Below, one piece after another: positions 47,937 to 59,392 of a DNA stretch of 64,000 bases (the first letter of the stretch is position 1; each line of letters starts with the position of its first letter). A model generated the notes under the pieces. It was not told where the DNA came from. It ran no database searches and was given only the letters and a program-made list of their open reading frames with translations. The stretch is from Scyliorhinus canicula (taxonomy: Eukaryota). Both the position numbers and the translations under genes were made by a program. The DNA is taken from contig NC_052160.1 in assembly GCF_902713615.1 (NCBI RefSeq), positions 130,919,738 through 130,983,737 of the forward strand, read 5' to 3'.

Positions 47937-48879
47937 CGTTCTGCTCATGTTGCTGTTTGTGGGAATTTGCTGTGTATAAATTGGGTGCCATGTTTCCTAT
48001 CTCACAACAGTGATGCACTTCAAAATTACTTCATTAGCATTAAAGTAATTTGAGGTGACCGGAGTTGCTATCTAAATGCAGGTTAATGTTTTTTAGGCAT
48101 ACTACCCTCAGGCATGCATCCTGAGGAGCTACATTCCATCTTATTAAGGCTGTAAGATGTATCTAAAATATTGACAGTCTGTGTGTATTTAATGAATGAT
48201 CCAGCAAAGCTTTGTGACCTTTCTTGGGCCATGCGCTGATTGTATCAAAAACTATTAACCTTCGACCAAAGCAGTACTTTCATGGAAATCACAAGATGGA
48301 AACAGACCATTTGGCCCTGTTAGTTCACTTTGTTGTTAACCTTGAGACATTTTATATATTAACGCTGCTATATAAATACAAATTATTTTTATGAAAACCC
48401 ACTGCACCACACCACTCTGCCAGGTTACTTTGATTCAAATGATTCTCTCCCTCATTGGTCTCCCTGCGGCTGACTGTAAATGGCCTCCAGCAATACTGCT
48501 CCAAATCTAAACAACAATATTGAATTGACTCCTTCACTTCTACGTAGCACCTTTCACTAACTCAGGACGCTTTCCCCCTCTCTCAGCAATCCCTCCGTCT
48601 GCTCGATTGGACAGTACATTTCTAGTACATTCAGTCGTTGTGTGAAATGCAATGACTTAAACCCACCAGTCGGTCCCTTTCAGGAAACAAGGACTCTTCG
48701 GGTCATGAATGCAAGTTCAATTACGTCATGGGACAACCTTTGAGCTCTTACCTTAATACCCCAAATATTGTCCAACTATTGTCCTGGCCACAGGGATATG
48801 CATCATTATTGTTCTGTTTGCCCCACTGTGTCTCTGCTTCGGTAATGTATCAAGAGCTCCAGTTCTATATTTTCTATTT

Positions 48880-49160
48880 ATTCTTTCATTCACTGGATGC
48901 GGACTTCACTGGTGAGACCATTGCCCATTTCTGATAATCCTCAAACCACCTTCTTGAACTGTTGCATTCCTCAAAAGTGAAGATGCTCCCATAATGCTGT
49001 TAGGTAATGTGTCCCTGGATTTTGACCCAGGGCCAATGAAGACATGGTGATATACCTACAAGTTAGGGTGGTGTGTGACTTAGAGGGGAACTTGGTGATG
49101 TTCCCATGCGCTGTTGCCCTTGCACTTCTAGTTGGAGGTGATTGCAGGTTCTGGATAAAT
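48880..49160 (-). mobile_element. Old CR1-clade LINE 3' end
   Basis: Matches 14752-15050 (ccttcttgaac, ggattttgacccag, gtgacttagagggga). Confidence 0.7.
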
Positions 49161-49850
49161 GTACTAGTACAATGGAAACTGCTCCCAGGGTTACGGTTAG
49201 CTGAGGATCATAGAGTCACTGAATCCCTAGAATGCAGAAGGAGTCCATTCGGCCCATCCAGCGGGAGGTTGCTTCTACGTCAACAAGGAAGTAAATAACT
49301 CATTCAGTCGTTGTGTGAAATGCAATGACTTAAACCCACCAGCAACCCCGCTCCCCAACCTCCCCTCCTTCCCCGAGAGGCAAGAGTGCTACCTACTGGA
49401 ATAGTTCCGAGGATACTTTGCCGTTTGTGTAACCTGGACTGTTTTTCCTCAGTACTGTTTAAAGCAATTATTGGTGGGTACTTGGTGAAACTCTCCTTCA
49501 TTCCATTGCATTTCTTACCTTGCTTAGTGGGCAAAAGATCCCAGGAGAAACGAGAAAGTTGAAAATAAATAATTTATATATATATCATATATATATGTAA
49601 AATTAGAGCAAATGCCACCTAACATTTCCCATGTCACCTCATGCCCCCTCAGATTCCCCATGCCGCCTCACATTCCCTGATGCCTTCTCACATTCCCAAT
49701 TCGTTCTTGATGCCCCACCCCTATGTATCCTCCATTAGAACATAATCAGTATGCACGATATGTAGTTTGCAGGAGCCATTAAATAGCCATGGGAATTATT
49801 GGGCAACTATTAAACCACTAAAAATCTAAGAAATTGAATAGAAACTCACG

Positions 49851-50185
49851 ATCATAGAATCCCTACAGTGCAGAAGGAGGCCATGCAGCCCATCGCAACG
49901 ACACCGACCCTCCGAAAAAGCACCCTCCTAGGCCCCTCCCTGCTCTATTCCCCGCAACCCCGTAACCCGAGGTGACCTACACAGCAGTGGACACGAAGGG
50001 GCAATTTAGCATGGCCAATCCACCTAACCTGCACATCTTTGGAGACAGGGGGAAAATGTACAAACTACAGTTACCCACAAGGCTGGAATCAAACCTGGGT
50101 CCCTGGTGCTGTGAGGCAGCAGTGCTAACCACTGTGCCACCCTGCCGCCCCCATATGTGCAAACTCCACCCAGACAGTCACCCAA
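49851..50185 (-). mobile_element. HE1-type V-SINE with internal deletion and small duplication
   Basis: Part of the V-domain is missing; caaactccac.cagacagtcaccca recurs after the head. Confidence 0.85.
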
Positions 50186-50285
50186 TGTCATTGATACTGG
50201 ACCAAAAAACACAAGTGAAAATAGTCGTAATCCTTTGAGTGCCTATTAGGTTTGTAAACAAACAAGAAACCACATCAAAAACATG

Positions 50286-50502
50286 GGGTGGGGTTTTACC
50301 GCCAGGCCCCCACCCCCGGGGACATGTTTGCTCGTGGGAGAGAGTGCTCACCATTGGGTGCCGGTGGGATGTTCTGATCCTGCCACAGTTTATGCTGTTT
50401 TGCATGGCTCGCATGTCACATTTCCAGGGAACACGCCACAGGAGGTCAACATGAGTGGGATCGGAATATCTCGCCAGTGGAAAGAGCTGGGAAATCCTGC
50501 CC
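50286..50502. mobile_element. Short old MITE
   Basis: Ends gggtggggttttacc / ggaaatcctgccc; flanks atg/ata. Confidence 0.6.
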
Positions 50503-50777
50503 ATAATTTGTTGTTAAAGGCTTCTAAATGTTTGAATCATTCTTAGATCGACAAAATCAGCTGTAGAGTTGAAGCCTTTGAAACCCAGTAGAACGAAGAG
50601 GTGTGGGAGACGATTCATGTGGAATACAGACACCAGTGTGGACCAGAAGTGTTGAATGGACTGTTTCTGTGCTGGAATTGCTATGTAACTTCAGAACAAT
50701 TGGTCCTGAGTTGATCCCTGATGCGTGTCAACTGTTGCCAAAGAATATGTGAAGAAATTACCAAAATTCAATACTAT

Positions 50778-52525
50778 GGACGAAATTTAATAATAATAAT
50801 AATAATCGCTTATTGTCACAAGTAGGCTTCAATGAAGTTACTGTGAAAAGCCCCTAGTCGCCACATTCCGGCATCTGTTCGGGGAGGCTGGCTCATTTGC
50901 TGGAGGCACTAATCCCATTATGACTGCTAAATCTTGTGAGAGGGCCATATTGGGATTAGCGCCGGAGGGATCTTTCGGTTTGAGAACTCCCCCCGCCCCC
51001 CCCCCCCCCCCCACCCCACCAGTGACATGATGGGCGTAACCTGACTTCCACAAATTTATATGCATTTACATATCATTAAAGTGCTTAATGCTCTTCCTTC
51101 CGGACCCATTGAATGCCCCCCCCCCCCCTCCCTCCGTGCGGGTGTGATGTCATGCCGGCAGGAATCGCTACTGGTTTGAAAATGAAAATCAGTTGTTATC
51201 AGGGGCGCAGAGGAGAGTATGGTTCCTAGATGCTGGGCGACATGGGACACGGCCCCCTGGTACCCTGGCAGTGCCAATGTAGCAGTGGCAACGTTGCAGT
51301 GCCAGGTTGGCAGTGCTAGGGGAGGCCTCTGTGGATCCCTGTTGGGGGTAGGCTTTCCCTTATATGTGAGGGGAGGCCCAATGTTTGGTGGGGAGGTTGA
51401 TTGTGCCTGTATTGGGGTAGAGGGAGCGGAGACCGTTAAGAGGGGGTGGGCACGGAGACCGTTGGGGGGGGTGACCCGGTTCCAGCAAAGTTGGGTGGGG
51501 GAGTCGGGTCACCCTGATGCATGCATGGTGTGATAGGGTGCTCCTATCTTAGAATGGTGGGGGGGGAGGGAGGGGGGGGGGGAGGGGGGGGGGGGTGGGG
51601 GTGGTGGGTGAGGGTTGGGGGCATTTCCCTTGTCTCTCAGGGCTCCGGATGTCCGTGGGTGTGGGATCCCCGTGCCCATGGTGGGGGGATGGGGGGGCCT
51701 CTAAGTTAAATTTGAGATCGGGGTGCCGGTTAGAAAAGAGAGAAACACACCGGTTTTCGGTCAGAATCTAAATCTTTGGGTGCAATCTTACTGCCTCGCC
51801 GCGCTCAATGTAGCCAGAGGCACTGCCAGGGTGGCAGTACCAGTGTATCCAGGCACTGCCAAGGGTTGGGAGCCTGAGTGGGACCATGCCCATGAATGTG
51901 GGTAGGGGTGAGGGGGTTTGAAGGGTGGGTGGTCACCCCTCACTGCCAGGTCACCCTTCACAGCCACACATAATGCAACCCCCAGCCCCACCATCCCAAA
52001 ACACTGTCCCTGACACAGGTTGGCACTGCTCCCAGCAGGGTTTGGCACTGCCCCGGCACAGGTCAGCATTGCTTCAAGTGCAGGTCGGCACTTCCAGGTT
52101 TAGGCAGGTTGGCACAGTGGCAACCTGGCAGTGCCAGCCTCTGCCAGGGGCACTGCCTGGGCATGTCCCTCTCCACCCGGGTGTGATAATTACCTTGGCT
52201 ACCCCAGGCAGGGATCCCTTCGACTGTCTCCCGTCCTCTCAGAGCTGTTGTGAACCTCGTCGACGCAACGTCATGTCGGCGAGGTTTCAATATTCCCTGA
52301 GGTGTGGGGTGGGGGTAACCATCCGGCCTGGAGGCCTTTTAATCACAATTAAATTCACTGAGATGGATTCAAGGGCGTGAACCTCGTTACAATACCGGAG
52401 AAGGACAGAGGAAATCGGGAAACAAGATCCCGCCAACAAGAAACCCATTTCCTGACTCTCGTGAGAATTTGGGTCCATGTCGCCGTTCCCACTCCCCGGC
52501 GAATGGAGGAGCAAAACCTCCGTCA
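50778..52525. mobile_element. Two adjacent old Harbinger-like MITEs rich in GGCACTGCC/GGCAGTGCC, with a SINE tail at 50790-50892
   Basis: Blocks taaatcttg.gag.gg and ggcactgcc are shared with 1389-2070; junction near 51778 (gggtgcaatctta). Confidence 0.55.
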
Positions 52526-53089
52526 TTATTATGCACAATACGCCATTCAACTCAACCTCCTGCAGTAAGTGCATTGTGAACACAATAAGGCTACTCTACC
52601 TGGAATGCACTGTGCCAGGAAAGAGGGGCGGTGTGTAAATATGGTGGACGGGATTCTCAGCCGCTCGCCCTCTGCGTGTCCTGCGGTGACGGAGATGGCT
52701 CCGCCCGATAACTAAGGCTGAATTTGAGCACAGCTCACAATTTAAAGGATAATTTTACCTTTGGCCTATCCCCAGGTGACATCCCCGGGGGGAAGTAGAA
52801 AATGGGCAGCACTGCGTGCTTTTATTGTCTTTTGGATCATTGATTTTGGCAAAAGAAATCACACTTTAAGCTTGGAAAGGTCAGAAATTTATCTTTAACA
52901 TGCTGTGCTGCCTGTACACAAAAAGAACTGGCTTGAGCTTGTTCTGTTGCACAGCACATCAGTCTCCAGTGGAACCGTGAAATGTGCCCCCCTGGAACAC
53001 TTACACATAATAATTAGTACCTAGCTCTTTACAGATAATGCAACACTGTAGAACAGACAGTGGGTCCAATGTTGTCCAACCTTGGTTAC

Positions 53090-53600
53090 CTCTAGGCTCC
53101 ACTCTTGGAATGCTCCACTGGCTGGCCTTCTATCTCTGTAAGCTTGAGAGTATGCATAATTCCGCTGTTCCTTTCTGACCTATCACAAGCCCCTTTTACG
53201 CGTTACCCTCTGTGACCCACATTGGCTCCTGATCAGGTAATGTCTAAATTTTAAAATTCTCACCCTTGTTTCCAAAACCCTCCATGGCATCACCCCTCCC
53301 TAGGTCTGTAATATCCTCCAACTCTCCAAGAGCTCTGCCTCTTGAATATTCCTGATTGTCATCGCTTCGCCATTTGCAACCTTGCCTTCTGTAGCCTGGT
53401 GCTTAAGTTCTGGGATTCCCTCCCTAAATCACTCCACCGTTAATTCCTCGTTAAGATGCTCATTAAAACCACTTTGATCAAACTTCTGTCACCTGTCCTG
53501 AATATCTCCTTACATGGGTTGACGTCAGATTTTGTTCGGTAACATTGCCGTGAAGCACGTTGGGATGTTTTACTGCGCTGAAGGTGCTAAATTAATGAAT
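53090..53600 (+). mobile_element. L2-like LINE 3' end
   Basis: Colinear with the reverse complement of 47020-47600. Confidence 0.75.
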
Positions 53601-54411
53601 GTTATGCACTATTGTTGAACGTCAAATTAGTCAGTTTCTGTTACCTATTTTTGGATGTTTTTCAAGAAAAGTTACGAGAAAAATCAATGTTACGATGGGG
53701 TGGGTGGAGAAGTCGACGGGGAGTGGGTGAAGAGAGAAATTAGAGCTCAAAATCTAGGGCAAATTTGGAGAGAATTAACAAAACATTTTTTATTATTATT
53801 TTGAAAATTGCTAAGCTTCAAGAAATCAGTAAGAGTGTTAACATGGAACAATTAAGCTAAATGATAACCTGCAATTATTTAGACAGTTCAGACACACCAC
53901 ATTAATGGCCCTCAGTGGCAGCTCTAAATGTAATGTAATATCAGTTTTGATCATTGCAAAATATTGTCAAGCTATTTCCAGGTTTAAAATACATTTATAG
54001 TCCTTATGAATAGACTGAAAAGTGGGAAAAGTTCAAATTGAAGTAGCTGATCATCACCCATAATATGGTGGAGCAGAAAAGTTTTATTAAAATCTGCCTA
54101 AAATATGAAATAGTTATTGCTAAAGTTTAATTTCGCAATTATGCACTATCAACAATCTTGTTCAATTACTGTCCAAAGTGTCATCATTTTATTAATAACA
54201 TTGCTATATTATTATAGTACTTCCGGCATGCATCCTGACATCCCAGTCATAGTAGACACGCTTCTCCAGTCTGGATTGTTGGCCAGAATTCCTGGGGTAA
54301 ACAGTGGAGTCTATATATAAAACCATGGAACCCTACAGCAGAGAAGGAGACCAAACAGTCCATCAGGCGATGCTGGTTCTTTGAATGAGCTATCGAATGA
54401 TGACCATTTTC

Positions 54412-55485
54412 GACCTGGATTTTCCGAGGAGTAATCATCATTTCTCCTCCCACTCCATATTTCTTGCCGGGTCTTCCAAAGGCCAGCTTTCCCAGAAAGG
54501 CGGAGCACAGCATTCCCTCCTGGAGCTCAGTTGCAGCACAGTAATGTTGGTGACAGGGGATGGTGGGGGGGGGGGGGGGGGGGGGGTGAAGATGGAGAGA
54601 GGGGTGGACATAACCCTTTTTACAGCTCTAGCGGTCGTACGTTAAGTTTAAAGGTTGATTTGAATGTCGGTGAATGGGTGAGTGGGTGAATGGGTGAGTG
54701 GGCGGTTGGGTCACTGGGTAGGGTGGACCAGTGGTTGTTGGGTGAGGTACGTGAGTGGTTGGGTAAAGTGGGGGAGGTGATAGATGGATGACGCGGCTGG
54801 TGAGTAAAGTGGTAGATGGATGGAATGGCAGGTGGTTGAGGTGGGTAGGTGGGTGAGATGGTATGCGGATAAAGTGGAAGGTGGGTGGGCTGGGTGGGTG
54901 AGGTGGGTACGTGGGTCAAATGGTACATGGATAAGTGGAAGGTGGATGAGCTGGGTGGGTGATGTGGATAGGTGGGGGTTGTTAGATTAGGGCGGTGGGC
55001 TAGTCAGGTTGGGTTCCGGAGTAGTTGGATGGTGGGTGTAGTGTGTTTGGGAGGAGTAGTGGGGGTGGCAGGGATTGTGGTGGAGGCAAGGGGTTTTTTG
55101 TTTGGGAGTCAAGGGGCTAATTTAAGGATTGAGACATTGTGGGGCAGTCAGCGGGTCAAGGGGTGAGTTGGGGGACCAAGGGGTAGATCTGGTGGTTTGG
55201 TTGTAAATTACCCAGGAGTTAGACTAGGATTCTTCTGTCTATCATTTCCTGGGGAACTATCCAGGGTGAGTAGCTCAGTATGTCAGAACTGTCCGAAGTC
55301 TCTGACTCTAACTCAGAGTTGCCAACATTTGTGGAGGGTCCCGGGGAGCAGGGAAATTGCCCTTCGGAAATTGAAATGTCCTGGGCAATTCTCATGGAGT
55401 CAGTGCATCAGGACATCCGCGGGGTCCAGAAGCGCATTTTGGGGGTTATGTCCGAATGTCCGATTTCCGATGACCCAGAGACCTT
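54412..55485 (+). repeat. Unclassified dispersed repeat with GGGTGA/GGTGG tandem region
   Basis: G-rich array at 54660-55190 followed by a block shared with 13590-13850. Confidence 0.5.
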
Positions 55486-56199
55486 TGGGCCATTTGCACC
55501 TGATTTACTTTATCAAAGCCCCTCTTAGTTTGAAAGCCATTAAATCTTTCCTAAACCTCTCCACTGTAAAGAAAAACTCCAACGTCTCTGGTCTGTTTGC
55601 CTTTTGTAACTTTCACAAGGGAAATTTCTGGTGAAAACTCCATTGATTTATTAAAGAGCAGTTGCCATTCTAACTGTGAACAGTTCAGTTTACTCAAATT
55701 AAGGATCAGACCTGGAACCTCCTGGTCTTTACAAATTCATTAGTAACTGAATAAATTCTCTGGGCTGCCTGGGAAGCCTCTCCACTTTGTTTTATATATT
55801 TGTGGGGCAGTACAATGTATTGTGTGGCATGAACAACTGACAGGGTAGATAACTAATCAGTTTAACCCTCATAGCTGATCTGTATCCTAACTTGATCTAC
55901 CTGCCTTGTCTCTCTATTATTCCTTTATACTCTGGGTATACAAAAATCTATCAATCTCAGATTTAAGAGAAATTGAGCTAGCATCTGCTGTTTTTTTTGT
56001 GTGGGAGGGAGTTTCACATTTATACAACCTTTTATATGAAGAAGTGTTTCTGAACTTTTCTCCTGATAGGTGTGGTTCTGATTTTGTTATATCCCCTTCG
56101 CAACCAACAGAAAATATGTCTCTCCAGCTACCACATCAATTCCTTTCAATATCCAAGAAGCGTTTAATCAAATGTTGAGTGTATGTAGTCGCGCCTCAT

Positions 56200-56520
56200 G
56201 ATCATAGAATCCCTTCGGCATTGCAGGCGGCCATTGGGCCCATCGGGTCTGCACCACCCTCTGAAAGAGCACCCTACCTAGGCCCCCTCGCCCTCCCCAT
56301 CCCTACAACCTCACATGCCTACCTTTGGACACTCAGGGGTAATTTATCATGGCCAATCCACCTCACCTGCCCACCTTTGGACTGTGGGAGGAAGCTGGAG
56401 CACACAGAAACCCATGCAGATAGGGGGAGAACGTACAAACTTCACACAGATTGTCACCCAAGGTTGGAATCAAACCCAGGTCCCTGGAACGATGAGGCAG
56501 CGGTGCTAACCACTGTGCCT
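56200..56520 (-). mobile_element. HE1-type V-SINE
   Basis: Head, V-domain and tail. Confidence 0.88.
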
Positions 56521-58420
56521 CAGTGCCTCTGCTGGGTCCCTGGTTATATTTTAGTGTGAGGGGACCAAGATCACATATGTATATTTTTGTAATATATATA
56601 TATATATATATATAAAAATATCCTCAAGGATAGTTCTAAAACTTTCAAAACTTGACAAAGACCTTTAAAATGGCTGAATCTTTGGCTCTCTGTGACCCCC
56701 TTGAACAAGAGAAACTGCTTGGCTTTTACAGGGAAGCTTGCTCATTGTTATCTCTGCCGGAGCCACTCGCGACCTGTTGTGGACTACACAGGCCAAATGC
56801 AGACAGGATTAAGTGCTTTCCAATCACCTCCCTTCATGGTTGAGTGATTTTGAAGTGGTCAGCTTGAAATGAACAGCACTTAACTCTGTTTGAAGTGGAC
56901 CAGGAGCTGTCAATCAAAGCTTGATTCTTATAAACAGTGAGGTTAGAGCACTTCAGAATTACTCAACCGTGAAGTGAGATGAATGGAACAATGCTGACAG
57001 CTGTGTGTATGCGTGTAGTAGCTGTCAATCACAGCCTAGTAAAATCAATATCAAAGTGAAATGAATGAATGGCTTGCAAATCAAACATCTGAGGGCATTT
57101 AAACACAGCTGACTGGTTGTCTCTTTCCAGGAATTGATAGGTGCAGCGTCCTCTGCCTGAGTCAGCAGGTGTATGGCCCAGGTGAGTTTTTTCTCTGCCT
57201 CTGTCTGGACTGCTCTCTAGCTTCCAGACAGGAGTTTCTCTTCTGGTTAACTTCCTGACAGGAGTCTCTTTTCTGCGGGCGGGGGGCGGGGGGGTCTACG
57301 GGGGATTTCTGTATTTAAGGGTCTCTGTGGGGGGGATCTCTATTTAGAGGGTCTCTGGGAGGGTCTCTTTATTTCAGGGGTCTTTTGATTTAGGGAGTTT
57401 CTGGTGGTGGGGGGGGGGGGGGGGGGGGGTCCGGGGAGCTCAGTGCATTAAAGAAACTGAAAGACAGATGCCAAAAAAAACTGTAAAGTTTTCTGGCAGA
57501 GTCAAAGGTTTTAAAAAGAAACTTACAGAGAAAATAACCACGCGGAGCAAAAGCTATGGTTTGAAATTTAAAAAGGAAGGAACTTGCGTGAAAGGAAAAG
57601 AATTGCTGCCGTCAAAAAAGTTCAAAAGCTGAGAAAGAGGCAGGCGTTAGAAAGCAGCGCTGCAACTTTAAGAGTAAACAAAAAATAAATGCTTCAGAAC
57701 ATTCTGTACCTGCATTGATGCATTTGTTGCAAAATGCACCTGAATAGGGAAGCCGACTGTATCCTAGCAACTAAAGGCTGTGTGGGGGAAAAAAGATGAT
57801 CATGCAATCTTAAAGCGGCAATACCCTACAAGAGGTGATACACTTAAAGCTGAAATCACAGGAAGAAACAAACGGCTATGAACAGGAAAATTACAGAAAG
57901 CCCCAGATAGATGGCAACTCTCAAAAAAGGTCCACAGGTTGGAAATACCTCAAAGAAGAGGCAACAGTAGATCTCAATTAAGAGGCAATAAAGACCTCAA
58001 ATGAGAGGCAATAAAGATTCCCAGAAAGGAAACAAGGTAAAACCCCAGAAGGAGGGGCCCCGAAATACACCAAATGGCAGGCATAAGGGGGAGGGAGCCA
58101 AATGACCAAGTGAAGGGAAACCAAAGATATACAGAATGAAAATAAGTCTACTCTTCACCAGAGACAGACCTGGTCAATAGCGAAGCCAAAAGCATTTGGC
58201 TGAAGTTAAGACAAGTGGAAACGAAGGTTCGATTTGTGAAATGTACGCATTCTCAGAAGATACGCAGAAATTAAAGACCTCAAAATAAACTAGAAATAAT
58301 TGAACATCAAGATGGATCAGCAAAAAGAATGAAATCTCTGGAGAAGACATCAAAAACAAGATGAAATGGCTGAAGGTAAAATTGGAGAAAAACAGTTGTA
58401 AAATTTTACAGAATTATGTT

Positions 58421-58733
58421 AACATAGAACAGTACAGCACAGAACAGGCCCTTCGGCCCTCGATGTTATGCTGAGCAGTGTCCGAAACCAAGATCAAGCT
58501 ATACCACACCCTGTCATTCTGGTGTGCTCCATGTTCCAATCCAATAACCGATTGAAAGTTCCTAAAGTGTCCGACTCCACTATCACACAGGCAGTCCATT
58601 CCACAGCCCAACCACTCTCTGAGTAAAGAACCTACCTCGGATATCTCTCCTATATCTCCCACCCTGAATCTTATAGTTATGCCCCCTTGTAATACCTACA
58701 TCCGCCCGTGGAAATAGTCTCTGAACGTCCACT
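58421..58733 (-). mobile_element. CR1 (HER1-like) 3' end inserted in the SYCP1 copy
   Basis: Tail aacatagaacagtacagcacagaacaggcccttcggccctcga and peptide LLREWLGCG. Confidence 0.88.
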
Positions 58734-59052
58734 CGAAGAAGGAGAACTTAGTGAGACAATGGAGAATAAGCTGAATGACAGGAAAATGCAACTTGAAAAT
58801 AAGAACGAGTCCAGTGATGAATTGAATCAGGAGAATAAAAGTTTGAAGAAGGAAGCTTGGCAACAGGAAATTAACTGAAGAGGTAATAGCATTGAAATTG
58901 ACGCAGGATCCGCAATTCAGACACAGAAAGAAAGTGATTACAGAACAAGATTGCTCAAATGGTCTGGCTGATGGAAAAGCACAAGAACCAATATAATAAA
59001 ACGTTGGATGAAAAAGATGCTGAATAGAAATGCTGGAAAGAGAAGAAACATT

Positions 59053-59287
59053 GGCCGCAATTGTCAGGCCATTGCTGGTGGTGGAATTCTCTGATCCCAC
59101 CGGCAGTGCAGTCCCGCCTGTGGGTTTTCCAGCCGTGTGGGGTGGCTTCATTGGGAATTCCCATATTCCCATTGACAGCGGCGGGATCCGGCCACCAACA
59201 AACGGCCACCCCCCCCCCCCCCCCCCCCACCCCCCCCATCCCCCCACCGCGAGAAACATGCGACTGGGGGGCTGGAGAATCATGCCC
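59053..59287. mobile_element. Short MITE inserted in the SYCP1 copy
   Basis: Ends ggccgcaattgtc / ggagaatcatgccc; flanks att/act. Confidence 0.75.
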
Positions 59288-59392
59288 ACTACCACACATC
59301 CTAAGCAACAGAAACAGATGACAAAACTATTCCCTCACATGTGACAGACCGAGATTGTGAAAGAACTGTAACGACATATGACTGTGTTTTAT

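Larger units (their letters stand above)
57450..59390 (+). pseudogene. SYCP1: Intronless decayed copy (processed pseudogene) of synaptonemal complex protein 1
   Basis: 58941-59024 reads QNKIAQMVWLMEKHKNQYNKTLDEKDAE* against recalled SYCP1 QHKIAEMVALMEKHKHQYDKIIEERDSE. 58759-58854 reads MENKLNDRKMQLENKNESSDELNQENKSLKKE against LENKCNNLKKQIENKSKNIEELHQENKALKKK. Weaker colinear matches lie upstream; stops, frameshifts and TE insertions throughout. Confidence 0.85.

Noticed and set aside
57450-59050. Reading of the A-rich coiled-coil region as a LINE ORF1 or as the functional SYCP1 gene
   Set aside because: The MEKHK-QY-K signature fits SYCP1 rather than ORF1; stops, frameshifts, TE insertions and missing introns argue against the functional locus.
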